From positions 64,001 through 128,000 of the IMG/VR virus record IMGVR_UViG_3300009151_000035: a stretch of 64,000 bases of DNA, one strand, 5' to 3'. The DNA is from a virus. Position numbers and translations under genes: made by a program. The notes below the pieces were generated by a model, which was not told the origin of the DNA, ran no database searches, and saw nothing but the letters and a program-made list of their open reading frames with translations. Positions 1 to 10,722 of the stretch are shown piece by piece. How positions within the stretch are numbered: the stretch's first letter is position 1; each line of letters begins with the position of its first letter.

Positions 1-1068
1 AACGTTGACGCTGGATCAGGATTCATCAGCACTGGTGGTAATGTAGTTGGTGGCAATATCCTAACTGGTGGATTGATTTCAGCCACAGGTAACCTTACTG
101 CTGGTAATATTAGTACCGCAGGTTCTGGTGGTAACATCAGCGGCGCCAATGTAATCAGTGGTATCACATTGTCGGCTAGTGGCAATGTTATTGCTGGCAA
201 TTTAAATGCTGCCGGACTAAGTTTAAGTTCAAATGTTGTGAGTAACTTGAATGTTACTTCTAACATTGCTGGTGGAAACATTAGCACTGTTGGATTATTG
301 AGCACAAACAATTTCAGTATCACTGGTAATGTAATTGGTAACTTGGTTCCATCTGCCAACGTAACATATAACTTGGGTAGTACAAGTTCTTTGTGGAAAG
401 ATTTGTATTTGTCTGGCAACAGTATCTATCTTGGACCACAAGCTATCTCATCAAATGTGTCAGGAGTTAGCGTTGGATCCGGTGATTTTGCGGCTGGCAA
501 CATAAACACCACTGGTAATGTTTCTGCTGTTGGCAATGTTATCGCTGGCAATGTCACAACTACTGGGCAGTTGATATCCACTCAACCAGGTAACGCAGCT
601 GATGGCGGTGGACAAATATTCCTTAACGGGTCTGGCGATAACAGAATTGATTGGGCAGCAGTGGGCACAGGCGCTCCGGCATTTACCACAAGAAGTGCTG
701 GTACAAAACTAACATTGTATCCAACATTATCTGGCAGTCTAACAGACTATGCTATAGGTATTGACTCAGCCACAATGTGGTTCAGCGTGCCTGAAAATAC
801 CAGTGGTTTTAACTTTACTTGGTATGGTGCCACAACACAAGTAGCAAGTCTAAGTGGTACTGGCGTATTTTCAGCAGTAGGCAACATCACCGGCGGCAAT
901 TTGTTAACTGGTGGAATAATCTCTGCTACTGGCACTGTTACTGCTGGCAACGTGTTGTTTGGGTCTGGCTTTGTGTCAGGCACAGGAAATATCACAGGTG
1001 GAAACATCTTCCAGGGCAGTTACCAAGTGCTAGACACAGCATCTACTGTAGACGGTGGACTATATTAA
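1..1068 (+). CDS. Tail/virion fibre-like protein, 5'-truncated by the window edge
   Basis: Frame is open from base 1. GNITGGN-type repeats, an LVPSANVTYNLGS..LWKDLYLS motif and a C-terminal DGGLY typical of phage fibre proteins. Confidence 0.75.
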   Translation, partial: NVDAGSGFISTGGNVVGGNILTGGLISATGNLTAGNISTAGSGGNISGANVISGITLSASGNVIAGNLNAAGLSLSSNVVSNLNVTSNIAGGNISTVGLLSTNNFSITGNVIGNLVPSANVTYNLGSTSSLWKDLYLSGNSIYLGPQAISSNVSGVSVGSGDFAAGNINTTGNVSAVGNVIAGNVTTTGQLISTQPGNAADGGGQIFLNGSGDNRIDWAAVGTGAPAFTTRSAGTKLTLYPTLSGSLTDYAIGIDSATMWFSVPENTSGFNFTWYGATTQVASLSGTGVFSAVGNITGGNLLTGGIISATGTVTAGNVLFGSGFVSGTGNITGGNIFQGSYQVLDTASTVDGGLY

Positions 1069-1071
1069 TAG

Positions 1072-1077
1072 TAAATA
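1072..1077 (+). promoter_or_regulatory. T4 late-type promoter core TAAATA, 6 nt before ATG 1084
   Basis: The same hexamer recurs just upstream of many structural genes and resembles T4 late TATAAATA. Confidence 0.55.
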
Positions 1078-1083
1078 TGCTCA

Positions 1084-1758
1084 ATGACAAATACAGTACA
1101 GCTCAAGCGGTCAAATGTAGCTAATGCAGTTCCGAGCGCCGGGAATTTGGTTGCCGGCGAGCTGGCCATCAACTATTCTGATGGCAATTTATTTTACAAA
1201 AATTCCAGCAATGTAGTAACAGTAATTGCCAGCAACCAGTTTGTGTCAGTCTCTGGCAATATAACTGGCGGCAATTTGATTACTGGCGCCGGATCGGGTG
1301 GCAATATTACAGGTGCCAATGTTATCTTAGCCACAACATTAAGCACAAGTGGCAATATTTCAGCGTTTGGAACTGTCCAAAGCGGCAATGTAATTTACAC
1401 CAATGTTGACGGACTGGCAAGTCAAGTATTAACCACATACGGTAATGGCGTAACCTACTGGTCAAACGCATCGGGTGGCGGCGGCGGAAACGCCATTTCA
1501 AACGGTAATAGTAATGTAGCAATTCCAGATATCAATGGCAATGTTCAAGTTGCTGTGGATTCTGTGGCAAATTCTATTGTGATGGGTGCGGGCAGCCTGT
1601 TTGTGCAAGGTCCAATTTCAACACCCAAAGTGATAAACACCCTAGCTCTAGTGCCAAATGTGGTAAATGCTGTGATGATTAGCCCGTTAACTATATCGGC
1701 TGCGGGCAACATTTTTGTGCCTACAGATTCTACTCTCACAATCTTTACTCCAACATGA
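1084..1758 (+). CDS. Short fibre protein with Mtd-N/hyaluronidase-N-like anchor domain
   Basis: N-terminal VQLKRS..AVP...L..GELAINYSDGNLF motif followed by GNITGGN repeats. Confidence 0.7.
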   Translation: MTNTVQLKRSNVANAVPSAGNLVAGELAINYSDGNLFYKNSSNVVTVIASNQFVSVSGNITGGNLITGAGSGGNITGANVILATTLSTSGNISAFGTVQSGNVIYTNVDGLASQVLTTYGNGVTYWSNASGGGGGNAISNGNSNVAIPDINGNVQVAVDSVANSIVMGAGSLFVQGPISTPKVINTLALVPNVVNAVMISPLTISAAGNIFVPTDSTLTIFTPT

Positions 1759-1786
1759 TGCTAAATATCAAATACGAGGATAAATC

Positions 1787-4700
1787 ATGGCAATTCAACT
1801 AGACGGCACAACTGGAATTTCAACAACTGGCAACATTGTTGCTGATGGCTCTCTTGTAGTTGGCAGTTTTAATCCTAGTGCCATCAATGCTTCCGGCAAC
1901 GTAGCTGGACTAAACTTGAACACCAACGGCAATTTAAGTGTTGGCGGAAATACCATTGTTGCTGGGGATTTAACAGTTGTAGGAAATGCGTCACTGAGTG
2001 GTAATATTGTTGGTGACAAAATCACCAACGGAACCACCAGCGTAGAAATTCAAACTCCTAACGGCAATGCCAACATCACAATTGGTGGCACATCAAATAT
2101 TGCTGTGTTTGCCACAACTGGTGCATACATCACTGGCGTCATAAGTGCCAACGGAAACATCACCGGTGGCAATATACTAGGTGGTGCCAATGTTAACGCT
2201 ACAACTCACACAGGCACTACAGTATCGGTAAGTGGAAACATCACCGGTGGTAACTTGAATGCCGCAGGATTGAGTCTGAGTTCAAATGTTGTGTCTGCAC
2301 TTATTTCAAGCAGTAATATCACAACTACTGCTAATATTTCTGGCAATTACATTTTAGGTAATGGCAGTTTGCTTTCTGGCATCGATGCTGCAAGCATTCA
2401 AAACGGCACAAGCAATGTGCGAGTGGTAAGTTCTGGTGGCAATGTAGCTATCAGTATAGGCGGCACAAATAATATAGCTGTGTTTGCAACCACAGGTGAA
2501 TATATCACTGGGTTGTTAAGTGCTAGTGGCAACATCACAGGTGATAATCTTAATACTGGCGGATTGATTAGCTCTTTGGGAAATATCACTGGTGGTAACT
2601 TGTCTGGCACAAGCATCACAGGATCTGTGGTTAGTGCAAGTGGCGATATAAGAGGGGCTAATTTATTTACAAATGGAACTATATCTACGAGTGCTAATGT
2701 GATTGCTCGTGGCTTAGTAAACGCAAATGCAAATGCTAGTGTAAACTTTTATAATGGTGGAACTTATTCTGCCAACATTATTTTATATCAAGAAGGTGCA
2801 AACGGCAACGTGACTGTAAGAGTTGGCGAAAGCACACTCGAAAGTCCTGGAATATTTGGATTGTTTGCAACTGGGTCAATTGGTGCTACTCAAAATATAA
2901 TTTCAGAAGCCAATATTGTTCAATTTGGAAATAGTAGCACTTGGGTGCTGGCAAAAAATGTAAGTAGTGCAGGAGTAGTAAGTGCATCTGGTAATGTAAT
3001 TGCAGACAATCTAAATGCCGCAGGATTGAGTTTGAGCTCAAATATTGTGTCGGCACTTAACTCAACCAGTAATATAACCACAACTGCCAATGTCAATGCA
3101 GGTTATTTTGTTGGCACTTTTGCTGGAAATATTTCTGGCAATATTACCGCTCCAGGTTTGAATACTCAGATTCTATTCAATGATAGTGGAAATGCTGCTG
3201 GAGCAGCAGCCTTTACATTCAATAAAACTTCTAATACAGTTAGTGTGATTGGAAACATCAGCAGCGGTAACGTTGCAACAACCACACAAATCAGTGCTGG
3301 TGGAAATATTATCGCTGCAAATATTAGTACTGGTGGATTGATCAGTGCTACTGGAAATATCACAGGTGGTAATGTCAACACTAACCGTGTGACTGGCACT
3401 GCACTCACACTCATATCCACTGGAGACTTAACACTTAGCACCACTGGTAATATCAATGCCAACAACGAATACATTAACAATGTTCCACAACCGCAACAAG
3501 ATGGTGATGCTGTTAATAAGTTGTATGTTGACAATTTAGTAACAACTGGATTCAATTTTCACCAACCTGTAACAGCAGCTACATATACCACATTGGCCAC
3601 AGCCACAGGTGGCTCAATCACATACACACAGCCAAATGGCGTGGCCAATGGCGTGGGGGCAAAGCTCACAACCACTGGTTCGTTTAATATAATTGACACC
3701 GCAAACATTCAAACTGTTGGTACTAGAGTATTGGTCAAGAACGAAGCCAATGCGGTATACAACGGTGTTTATGTATGGGCCAATGCAACCAATATTGTGC
3801 GCTCAACTGATACCGATCAGTATGGCTCGGACAGTGCAGAATCATTCAGTATCAATGACTACTTCTTTGTGCAAAGTGGCAATGTGAATGCTGGTTCTGC
3901 CTATGTAGTTAGTGCGCCAGCAGGCACAATTACATTTGGTACTTCAAATATTGAATTTAGCCTATTCAGTAGCTCACAAACTTATACTGCTAACACATCA
4001 GCAGGTATCAGTTTAGCTGGCACAGTAATCAATGCATTGGTTGATAATGTTACCACAGCATTCAGCAGCGGCAACATTGTGGTCAAAGCCAGTGCTCAGC
4101 TCACAACACCAAATATTGGTGCTGCCACTGGTACCAGTTTGAGCGCAACCGGTAATATCACCGGTGGCAATTTGTCGGGTACCAGTATTGCGGGCACATT
4201 GACCACAGTCAGTCAAACAAATATCACAAGTGTTGGTACACTGGGCTCATTATCAGTAACAGCCAACACAACCACTGGTAATTTACTAACCGGTGGATTG
4301 ATCTCTGCAACTGGAAATATTTCTGGTAATTACCTCCTAGGCAACGGCAGCCAACTTACTGGGATTGATGCTACATCAATACAAAATGGTACATCAAATG
4401 TTCGTGTGGCAAGTTCTGGCGGTAACGTCACAGTTGGCGTAGGTGGAACAGGTAATGTGGTTGTGTTTGCAACCACAGGTGAGTATGTAACTGGTGTGTT
4501 GAGTGCAAGTGGAAACATCTCAGGTGGCAACTTGAATGCCGCAGGATTAAGTTTGAGTTCAAATGTTGTATCAGCACTCAACTCAACAAGTGCTATCACC
4601 ACAACTGCCAACATCTCAGCTGGCAACTTTATTGTCACAGGCATTATTGTTGATACAACTGGTAATTTGGACCTGCAAACAACTGCCACAAACGGCAATA

Positions 4701-7700
4701 TTACTTTTACAACCAACGGCACTGGTAATGTTTACTCAGGTGCAAATGTATTGGTAACTGGATTGATTTCTGCAACTGGCAATATTACTGGTAACTTCTT
4801 TGTTGGTAATGGGTCGCAACTGACTGGCATTGCTTCAAGTTTTGGCAACGCCAACGTTGTGGCCAATTTGGCTGCACTAGGTTCAAACCCAATATCAACC
4901 ACAGGTAACATCACAGGTGGCAATCTAAATGCCGCAGGATTGAGTTTAAGTGCTAACGTGTTGTCGGCATTGAACTCAACCAGCAATATCACAACCACTG
5001 CTAATATTTCAAGTGGAAATTTGATAACTGGTGCCGGATCAGGCGGTAATGTAACAGGCGCCAATGTTATTTCAGCCACTACATTAAGTGCAAGCGGCAA
5101 TGTTACCGGTAACTACATCTTAGGTAATGGTGCTTTACTAACTGGTGTTATTACAAGTGTGGCCAATATCAATAGTGGAAATTCAAACGTCACAGTTGTT
5201 AGCTCTGGCGGCAACATTTCTATAGGCGTTGGCGGCACAAGTAATGTGGCAGTGTTTGCCACCACTGGTGAATACATCACTGGGTTGCTAAGTGCTAGTG
5301 GCAACATCACAGGCGGCAATTTGAATGCTGCTGGGTTGAGCCTGAGCTCCAATGTTGTGTCAGCACTGAATTCAACCAGTGCTATCACAACCACTGCTAA
5401 TATTTCAGGTGGTAATCTTATCACAGGATCAGGTTCAGGCGGTAATGTAACAGGTGCCAATGTTATTTCTGCCACTACATTAAGTGCAAGCGGTAACGTG
5501 AACACAGTGGGCATTGTGGGCACCGGTAACATATCAACAACTGGTAATGTCTCAGGTGGCAATCTAAATGCTGCAGGCTTGAGCCTGAGCTCAAACGTTG
5601 TATCTGCACTAAACTCAACCAGCAACATCACAACCAATGCTAATATTTCGGCAGGAACTCATACTGGTACTGCTGTAAGTGTAACTGGTGCAATCACCGG
5701 TGGCACAATCACTGGCTCAACCCTAAGTTCAACCGGTAACGTAAACACAGTGGGTATTGTGGGCACTGGTAATATATCAACCACAGGTAACATTTCAAGT
5801 GGTAATTTGTTGGCTGCTGGATTGAGTCTAAGCTCAAACGTTGTATCAGCTCTTAACTCAACAAGTGCTATCACCACAACTGCCAACATTTCAAGTGGTA
5901 ACTTGTTGGCTGCTGGATTGAGTCTAAGCTCAAACGTCTTATCAGCTCTTAACTCAACCGCCAACATTACCACAACTGCCAATGTCTCGGCAGCCACTCA
6001 CATTGGTACTGCTGTAAGTGTAACCGGTGCAATCACAGGAGCAACAATTACTGGCTCAACATTGAGCTCAACTGGTAACGTAAACACAGTGGGCATTGTG
6101 GGCACTGGTAACATATCAACAACTGGCAATATTGCCGGCAGCTTCTTTATTGGTAATGGGTCGCAACTGACTGGCATTGCTTCAAGTTATGGCAATGCCA
6201 ACGTGGTGGCCAATTTGGCTGCACTGGGTTCAAACCCAATATCAACCACTGGCAATATCACAGGCGGCAATTTGAATGCTGCTGGGTTGAGCCTGAGTTC
6301 AAATGTTGTGTCAGCACTGAATTCAACTAGCAATATCACCACAACTGCAAATATTTCAAGTGGAAATGTCATAACAGGATCAGGATCAGGTGGCAACTTA
6401 ACAGGTGCCAATGTTATTTCTGCCACTACATTAAGTGCAAGTGGTAACGTCACTGGCAATTATATTTTAGGCAATGGTGCTCTGCTTACAGGTGTGATTA
6501 CCTCAGTAGCAAATATCAACAGTGGAAATTCAAACGTCACTGTTGTGAGCGCAGGCGGAAATATTTCTATAGGTGTTGGCGGCACAAGCAATGTGGCTGT
6601 ATTTGCTACCACAGGTGAATACATTACCGGTTTATTGAGTGCAAGTGGCAACATCACAGGTGGCAATCTAAATGCCGCAGGCTTGAGCCTGAGCTCAAAC
6701 GTTGTGTCAGCACTTAACTCAACTGCTAATATCACAACCACTGCCAATGTCTCAGCAGGAACCCATATTGGTACTGCTGTGAGCGTATCTGGTGCAATCA
6801 CTGGTGGAACAATCACAGGATCAACCTTGAGTTCAACTGGTAATGTGAATACTGTGGGTATTGTTGGCACTGGTAACATATCAACAACTGGTAATGTCTC
6901 AGGTGGTAATATACTTGCTGCTGGATTGAGTTTAAGTTCAAATGTCTTATCAGCTCTTAACTCAACTGCCAACATTACCACAACTGCAAATATTTCAAGT
7001 GGTAATGTGATAACAGGATCAGGGTCAGGTGGCAACTTAACAGGCGCCAATGTTATTTCTGCCACTACATTAAGTGCAAGTGGTAACGTGAACACAGTGG
7101 GCATTGTGGGCACCGGTAACATATCAACAACTGGTAATGTCTCAGGTGGCAATTTAATTGGTGGAGCCGTAAGTGTAACTGGTGCAATCACAGGAGCAAC
7201 CATAACCGGTTCAACTCTAAGTTCAACTGGTAATGTGAACACCGTGGGCATTGTGGGCACCGGTAACATATCAACAACTGGCAATATTACTGGTAACTTC
7301 TTTGTTGGTAATGGGTCGCAACTGACTGGCATTGCTTCAAGTTATGGCAATGCCAACGTGGTGGCCAATTTGGCTGCACTGGGTTCAAACCCAATATCAA
7401 CCACAGGTAACATCACAAGTGGCAATCTATCAGCTGTGGGCAGAATACTAGTAGGTAGTGGAAATCTAGCAAGTCCAAGTTTTGGATTCTCAGCTGATGG
7501 AGCAACAGACACTGGATTTTATTGGATAAGTGATGGCGTTATAGGTGTAGCTACTAATGGCGCCGATCGTGGAAGATTCGCTGCTGACGGATTGAGCGTA
7601 ACTGGCATTGTGAGTGCAACTGGAAATGTAACCGGTTCAAACCTGTTGACCGGTGGTGCAGTAAGTGCCACAGGAAATGTAACCGGCGGCAACATTATTT

Positions 7701-9970
7701 CTAACACCGTGGTTGGCACAGCACTTACTTTGCGATCAACTGGTGCATTGAACTTGTCATCAACTGGTAACGTTGTATTTGCATCAAACGTGCAGATCAA
7801 CAATGTGGGCTACCCACAACAAGATGCTGATGCTGCTACCAAACTGTATGTTGACAATTTGGCAACAACTGGATTTGCTTTCCACTCACCAGTTACTGCT
7901 GCCACTGTGTCTAATCTGGCCACTGCCACAGGTGGTACAATTACCTACACACAACCCAATGGTGTGGCCAATGGTGTTGGTGCTGTACTGGCTACCACTG
8001 GGTCGTTCAACTTGATCGACACAGCCAACATTCAGACCATTGGTACTCGAGTGCTGATCAAGAATGAAGGCAATGGTGTATACAATGGTGTGTATACATG
8101 GGCCAATGCCACAGCTATTATTAGATCAACTGACACTGATGAATATGGACCAGACAGCACAGCAGCATTGAGTGTAAATGACTACTTCTTTGTGCAAAGT
8201 GGCAATGTGAATGCTGGATCAGCATATATTGTCAGTTCACCATCGGGCACCATTACATTTGGTACTTCAAATATTCAGTTCAGTCAATTCAGCAGCTCAC
8301 AAGTTTACAGTGCCGGCACTGGACTGACATTAAATGGTACCACGTTCAGTGTAAATGCAAGTCAAACACAAATTACATCAGTTGGAACCTTAGGCTCGTT
8401 AACAGTAACAGCCAACACAACCAGCGGCAACTTGCTCACAGGTGGATTGATTTCTGCTTCTGGCACCATAACAGGAACAACCATAACCGGTTCAACCCTA
8501 AGTTCAACCGGTAACGTAAACACAGTGGGTATTGTGGGCACTGGCAACATATCAACAACTGGCAACATTTCGGGTGGTAATTTAATAACTGGTGGTGGAT
8601 CAGGCGGCAGTTTAATTGGATTGAATTTGTTGTCAACTGTGACAGCAAGTGCCACAGGCAATGTGATTGGTGGTAACATTACCACTGCTGGACAATTGGT
8701 AAGTTCAATAGCCACAGGCACAGCACCTTTGGCTATTACCAGCACAACACTGGTGCCAAACTTGTATGTGGCTCGAGCCAATGTAAGCGACTGGGACGTT
8801 ATCAACACAGTCACAACAGGCACATACTATGTGATGATAGCCAATGCTGTGACTGGTAACATTCAAAATTCAGCCAACAGCGCAATTTCTGTCAACGTGG
8901 CTACTGGTGTTGTGACGGCCACTGGGTACTCAACATCCGGCACAGTCACAGCGGCCACTGTTAATGCTGCCGCAATTGGTAACTCGGGTGCCGCATTTAC
9001 TGGCGCAAGTTTGTCGGCTGCCACAATTGGTAATACCAGTGCTGTAGTTAACGGCGCTACAGTTTCTATCACAGGTACGGTAACAGCGGCCACAGTCAAC
9101 GCTGCTGCTATTGGTAACTCAGGTGCGGCATTTACAGGTGCAAGCATTAGTGCTGCTACAATTGGTAATACCAGTGCTGTACACAATGGTGCCACAGTAT
9201 CAATTACTGGTACAGTTACAGCGGCAACTGTCAACGCTGCCACAATTGGCAACTCAGGTGCTACCTTAACAGGTACATTACAAACTGCCTCACAAACTAA
9301 CATCACATCGGTTGGTACATTGACTGGTGGTACTTGGAATGCAACCAGCATCAGTACCACATACACTGATGCTAAGGTAACGTCAGTTGCTGGCCGTACT
9401 GGCGCAGTCACACTGGCACAAGCAGATATTTCAGGCTTGACCACTGGCAGCACTCCAACATTTGCTGGCTTGACTGTGGGCACTGGTACAATCACTGGTG
9501 GCAACATTGTAAACGGTAACGGTAACGGTATTGGTAACATTGGTAGCTCAACAGTGTACTTTAACACAGTGTTTGGTAAAGCAACCACTGCACAATACGC
9601 TGACTTGGCTGAAAATTATACTGCTGATGCTGCGTATGCACCGGGAACTATTTTGGTATTTGGTGGCGCACAAGAAGTCACAATTGCAACCGAAGTCAGC
9701 GATGCACGAGTAGCAGGCATTGTATCTACTAACCCGGCTCACTTGATGAATTCTACACTTGAATCAGAGTTTGTTGCTGCTGTTGCACTAACAGGTCGTG
9801 TGCCAACTAGTGTTGTGGGCACAGTACGCAAAGGCGACATGATGGTGTCAGCTGGCAATGGTGCTGCTCAAGCATGTGCCACACCTGCTATGGGCACTGT
9901 GATTGGTAAAGCCCTTGAAAACTTCAACGGCGAGTCAGGCGTTATTGAGATTGTTGTTGGTAGACTATAA
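1787..9970 (+). CDS. Giant (2727 aa) repeat-rich fibre/adhesin with C-terminal intramolecular chaperone (peptidase G2/S74-like autocleavage domain)
   Basis: SD GAGGA; G/N/T/S/A-rich beta repeats; two DA(V/A)(N/T)KLYVD motifs; C-terminal AQYADLAENY..D..Y.PGT..VFGG..EVT...GIVST.PA..MN...VAL.GRVP. Confidence 0.85.
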   Translation: MAIQLDGTTGISTTGNIVADGSLVVGSFNPSAINASGNVAGLNLNTNGNLSVGGNTIVAGDLTVVGNASLSGNIVGDKITNGTTSVEIQTPNGNANITIGGTSNIAVFATTGAYITGVISANGNITGGNILGGANVNATTHTGTTVSVSGNITGGNLNAAGLSLSSNVVSALISSSNITTTANISGNYILGNGSLLSGIDAASIQNGTSNVRVVSSGGNVAISIGGTNNIAVFATTGEYITGLLSASGNITGDNLNTGGLISSLGNITGGNLSGTSITGSVVSASGDIRGANLFTNGTISTSANVIARGLVNANANASVNFYNGGTYSANIILYQEGANGNVTVRVGESTLESPGIFGLFATGSIGATQNIISEANIVQFGNSSTWVLAKNVSSAGVVSASGNVIADNLNAAGLSLSSNIVSALNSTSNITTTANVNAGYFVGTFAGNISGNITAPGLNTQILFNDSGNAAGAAAFTFNKTSNTVSVIGNISSGNVATTTQISAGGNIIAANISTGGLISATGNITGGNVNTNRVTGTALTLISTGDLTLSTTGNINANNEYINNVPQPQQDGDAVNKLYVDNLVTTGFNFHQPVTAATYTTLATATGGSITYTQPNGVANGVGAKLTTTGSFNIIDTANIQTVGTRVLVKNEANAVYNGVYVWANATNIVRSTDTDQYGSDSAESFSINDYFFVQSGNVNAGSAYVVSAPAGTITFGTSNIEFSLFSSSQTYTANTSAGISLAGTVINALVDNVTTAFSSGNIVVKASAQLTTPNIGAATGTSLSATGNITGGNLSGTSIAGTLTTVSQTNITSVGTLGSLSVTANTTTGNLLTGGLISATGNISGNYLLGNGSQLTGIDATSIQNGTSNVRVASSGGNVTVGVGGTGNVVVFATTGEYVTGVLSASGNISGGNLNAAGLSLSSNVVSALNSTSAITTTANISAGNFIVTGIIVDTTGNLDLQTTATNGNITFTTNGTGNVYSGANVLVTGLISATGNITGNFFVGNGSQLTGIASSFGNANVVANLAALGSNPISTTGNITGGNLNAAGLSLSANVLSALNSTSNITTTANISSGNLITGAGSGGNVTGANVISATTLSASGNVTGNYILGNGALLTGVITSVANINSGNSNVTVVSSGGNISIGVGGTSNVAVFATTGEYITGLLSASGNITGGNLNAAGLSLSSNVVSALNSTSAITTTANISGGNLITGSGSGGNVTGANVISATTLSASGNVNTVGIVGTGNISTTGNVSGGNLNAAGLSLSSNVVSALNSTSNITTNANISAGTHTGTAVSVTGAITGGTITGSTLSSTGNVNTVGIVGTGNISTTGNISSGNLLAAGLSLSSNVVSALNSTSAITTTANISSGNLLAAGLSLSSNVLSALNSTANITTTANVSAATHIGTAVSVTGAITGATITGSTLSSTGNVNTVGIVGTGNISTTGNIAGSFFIGNGSQLTGIASSYGNANVVANLAALGSNPISTTGNITGGNLNAAGLSLSSNVVSALNSTSNITTTANISSGNVITGSGSGGNLTGANVISATTLSASGNVTGNYILGNGALLTGVITSVANINSGNSNVTVVSAGGNISIGVGGTSNVAVFATTGEYITGLLSASGNITGGNLNAAGLSLSSNVVSALNSTANITTTANVSAGTHIGTAVSVSGAITGGTITGSTLSSTGNVNTVGIVGTGNISTTGNVSGGNILAAGLSLSSNVLSALNSTANITTTANISSGNVITGSGSGGNLTGANVISATTLSASGNVNTVGIVGTGNISTTGNVSGGNLIGGAVSVTGAITGATITGSTLSSTGNVNTVGIVGTGNISTTGNITGNFFVGNGSQLTGIASSYGNANVVANLAALGSNPISTTGNITSGNLSAVGRILVGSGNLASPSFGFSADGATDTGFYWISDGVIGVATNGADRGRFAADGLSVTGIVSATGNVTGSNLLTGGAVSATGNVTGGNIISNTVVGTALTLRSTGALNLSSTGNVVFASNVQINNVGYPQQDADAATKLYVDNLATTGFAFHSPVTAATVSNLATATGGTITYTQPNGVANGVGAVLATTGSFNLIDTANIQTIGTRVLIKNEGNGVYNGVYTWANATAIIRSTDTDEYGPDSTAALSVNDYFFVQSGNVNAGSAYIVSSPSGTITFGTSNIQFSQFSSSQVYSAGTGLTLNGTTFSVNASQTQITSVGTLGSLTVTANTTSGNLLTGGLISASGTITGTTITGSTLSSTGNVNTVGIVGTGNISTTGNISGGNLITGGGSGGSLIGLNLLSTVTASATGNVIGGNITTAGQLVSSIATGTAPLAITSTTLVPNLYVARANVSDWDVINTVTTGTYYVMIANAVTGNIQNSANSAISVNVATGVVTATGYSTSGTVTAATVNAAAIGNSGAAFTGASLSAATIGNTSAVVNGATVSITGTVTAATVNAAAIGNSGAAFTGASISAATIGNTSAVHNGATVSITGTVTAATVNAATIGNSGATLTGTLQTASQTNITSVGTLTGGTWNATSISTTYTDAKVTSVAGRTGAVTLAQADISGLTTGSTPTFAGLTVGTGTITGGNIVNGNGNGIGNIGSSTVYFNTVFGKATTAQYADLAENYTADAAYAPGTILVFGGAQEVTIATEVSDARVAGIVSTNPAHLMNSTLESEFVAAVALTGRVPTSVVGTVRKGDMMVSAGNGAAQACATPAMGTVIGKALENFNGESGVIEIVVGRL
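4777..7420 (+). repeat. Near-identical internal duplications within the giant fibre
   Basis: TTGGTAATGGGTCGCAACTGACTGGCATTGCTTCAAGT occurs at about 4802, 6151 and 7304. The blocks GNANVVANLAALGSNPISTTGNIT, LSLSSNVVSALNST and NTVGIVGTGNISTTGN are each repeated several times. Confidence 0.85.
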
Positions 9971-10024
9971 TTTTTTTGAGACAAACCGTCACCACATGGT
10001 AATTACAACTGGATACAATTTAAA

Positions 10025-10717
10025 ATGGGAATGACACTTCTAGGTGGAGCAACAGGTATTGGTGGAATGACCATAACAAGTCCTGTCACAGTAAATTACA
10101 GTGTGGTGTTTGATGGCTCAGGAGATGCCATTACATTTGGTGCCAACTCAGCCAACTTGGCTGCAGGTGCCGGAGACTTCACCTGGGAAGCCTGGATTTA
10201 TTTTAACTCAGTGCCGTCAACAGAAATTGACTTGTTTGAATCACAAACAACTGGAGCATTTAGAGTTCTCAAACGCGGCTCCAGCTCGGGATTGAGTTTT
10301 GACTGGTTTGGTGGCACTTCTTATTTGATTCAAGCAGACGCAAGCATTACCACAGGTACCTGGCACTGGGTAGCAGTAAGCAGGACGTCGGGCACAATAA
10401 GTGCATACTACGATGGCACACGAGTCCTAAATCAAGCTATTGCAACCACTGGTGTTGCACCCGTTGCTTCTTATGGTGTAGGTGGTCGAAACAGTGGTGC
10501 CAACAGTCTCAACGGTTATATTTCAAACCTGCGCTTGGTCGTAGGCACAGGTCTTTATACAGGTGCCACGGTAAGTGTGCCCACCAGTCAAGCCACAGCA
10601 GTGTCGGGCACTCAGTTGTTGATCTGCCAGAGCGCCACACTCACAGACAACAGCGCCAACAACTACACAATTACTGCTGTGGGTAATGCCGCAGTCAGTA
10701 CTGTGACCCCATTCTAA
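10025..10717 (+). CDS. Concanavalin A-like lectin/LamG-domain virion protein
   Basis: SVVFDGSGD, GDFTWEAWIY, WHWVAVSR, YYDGTR and GYISNLRLV motifs. Confidence 0.85.
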   Translation: MGMTLLGGATGIGGMTITSPVTVNYSVVFDGSGDAITFGANSANLAAGAGDFTWEAWIYFNSVPSTEIDLFESQTTGAFRVLKRGSSSGLSFDWFGGTSYLIQADASITTGTWHWVAVSRTSGTISAYYDGTRVLNQAIATTGVAPVASYGVGGRNSGANSLNGYISNLRLVVGTGLYTGATVSVPTSQATAVSGTQLLICQSATLTDNSANNYTITAVGNAAVSTVTPF

Positions 10718-10722
10718 GACTG

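Noticed and set aside
4777-7420. Repeats considered as a CRISPR array or DGR template/variable repeats
   Set aside because: The repeats are in-frame coding sequence with no fixed repeat-spacer period. Differences appear mainly synonymous rather than adenine-specific, and no reverse transcriptase or cas gene is in the window
1795-9742. Numerous long minus-strand ORFs (up to 290 aa) opposite the fibre gene
   Set aside because: They are shadow ORFs of the repetitive Gly/Asn/Thr codon pattern; the products are low-complexity P/V/L/A mirror sequences
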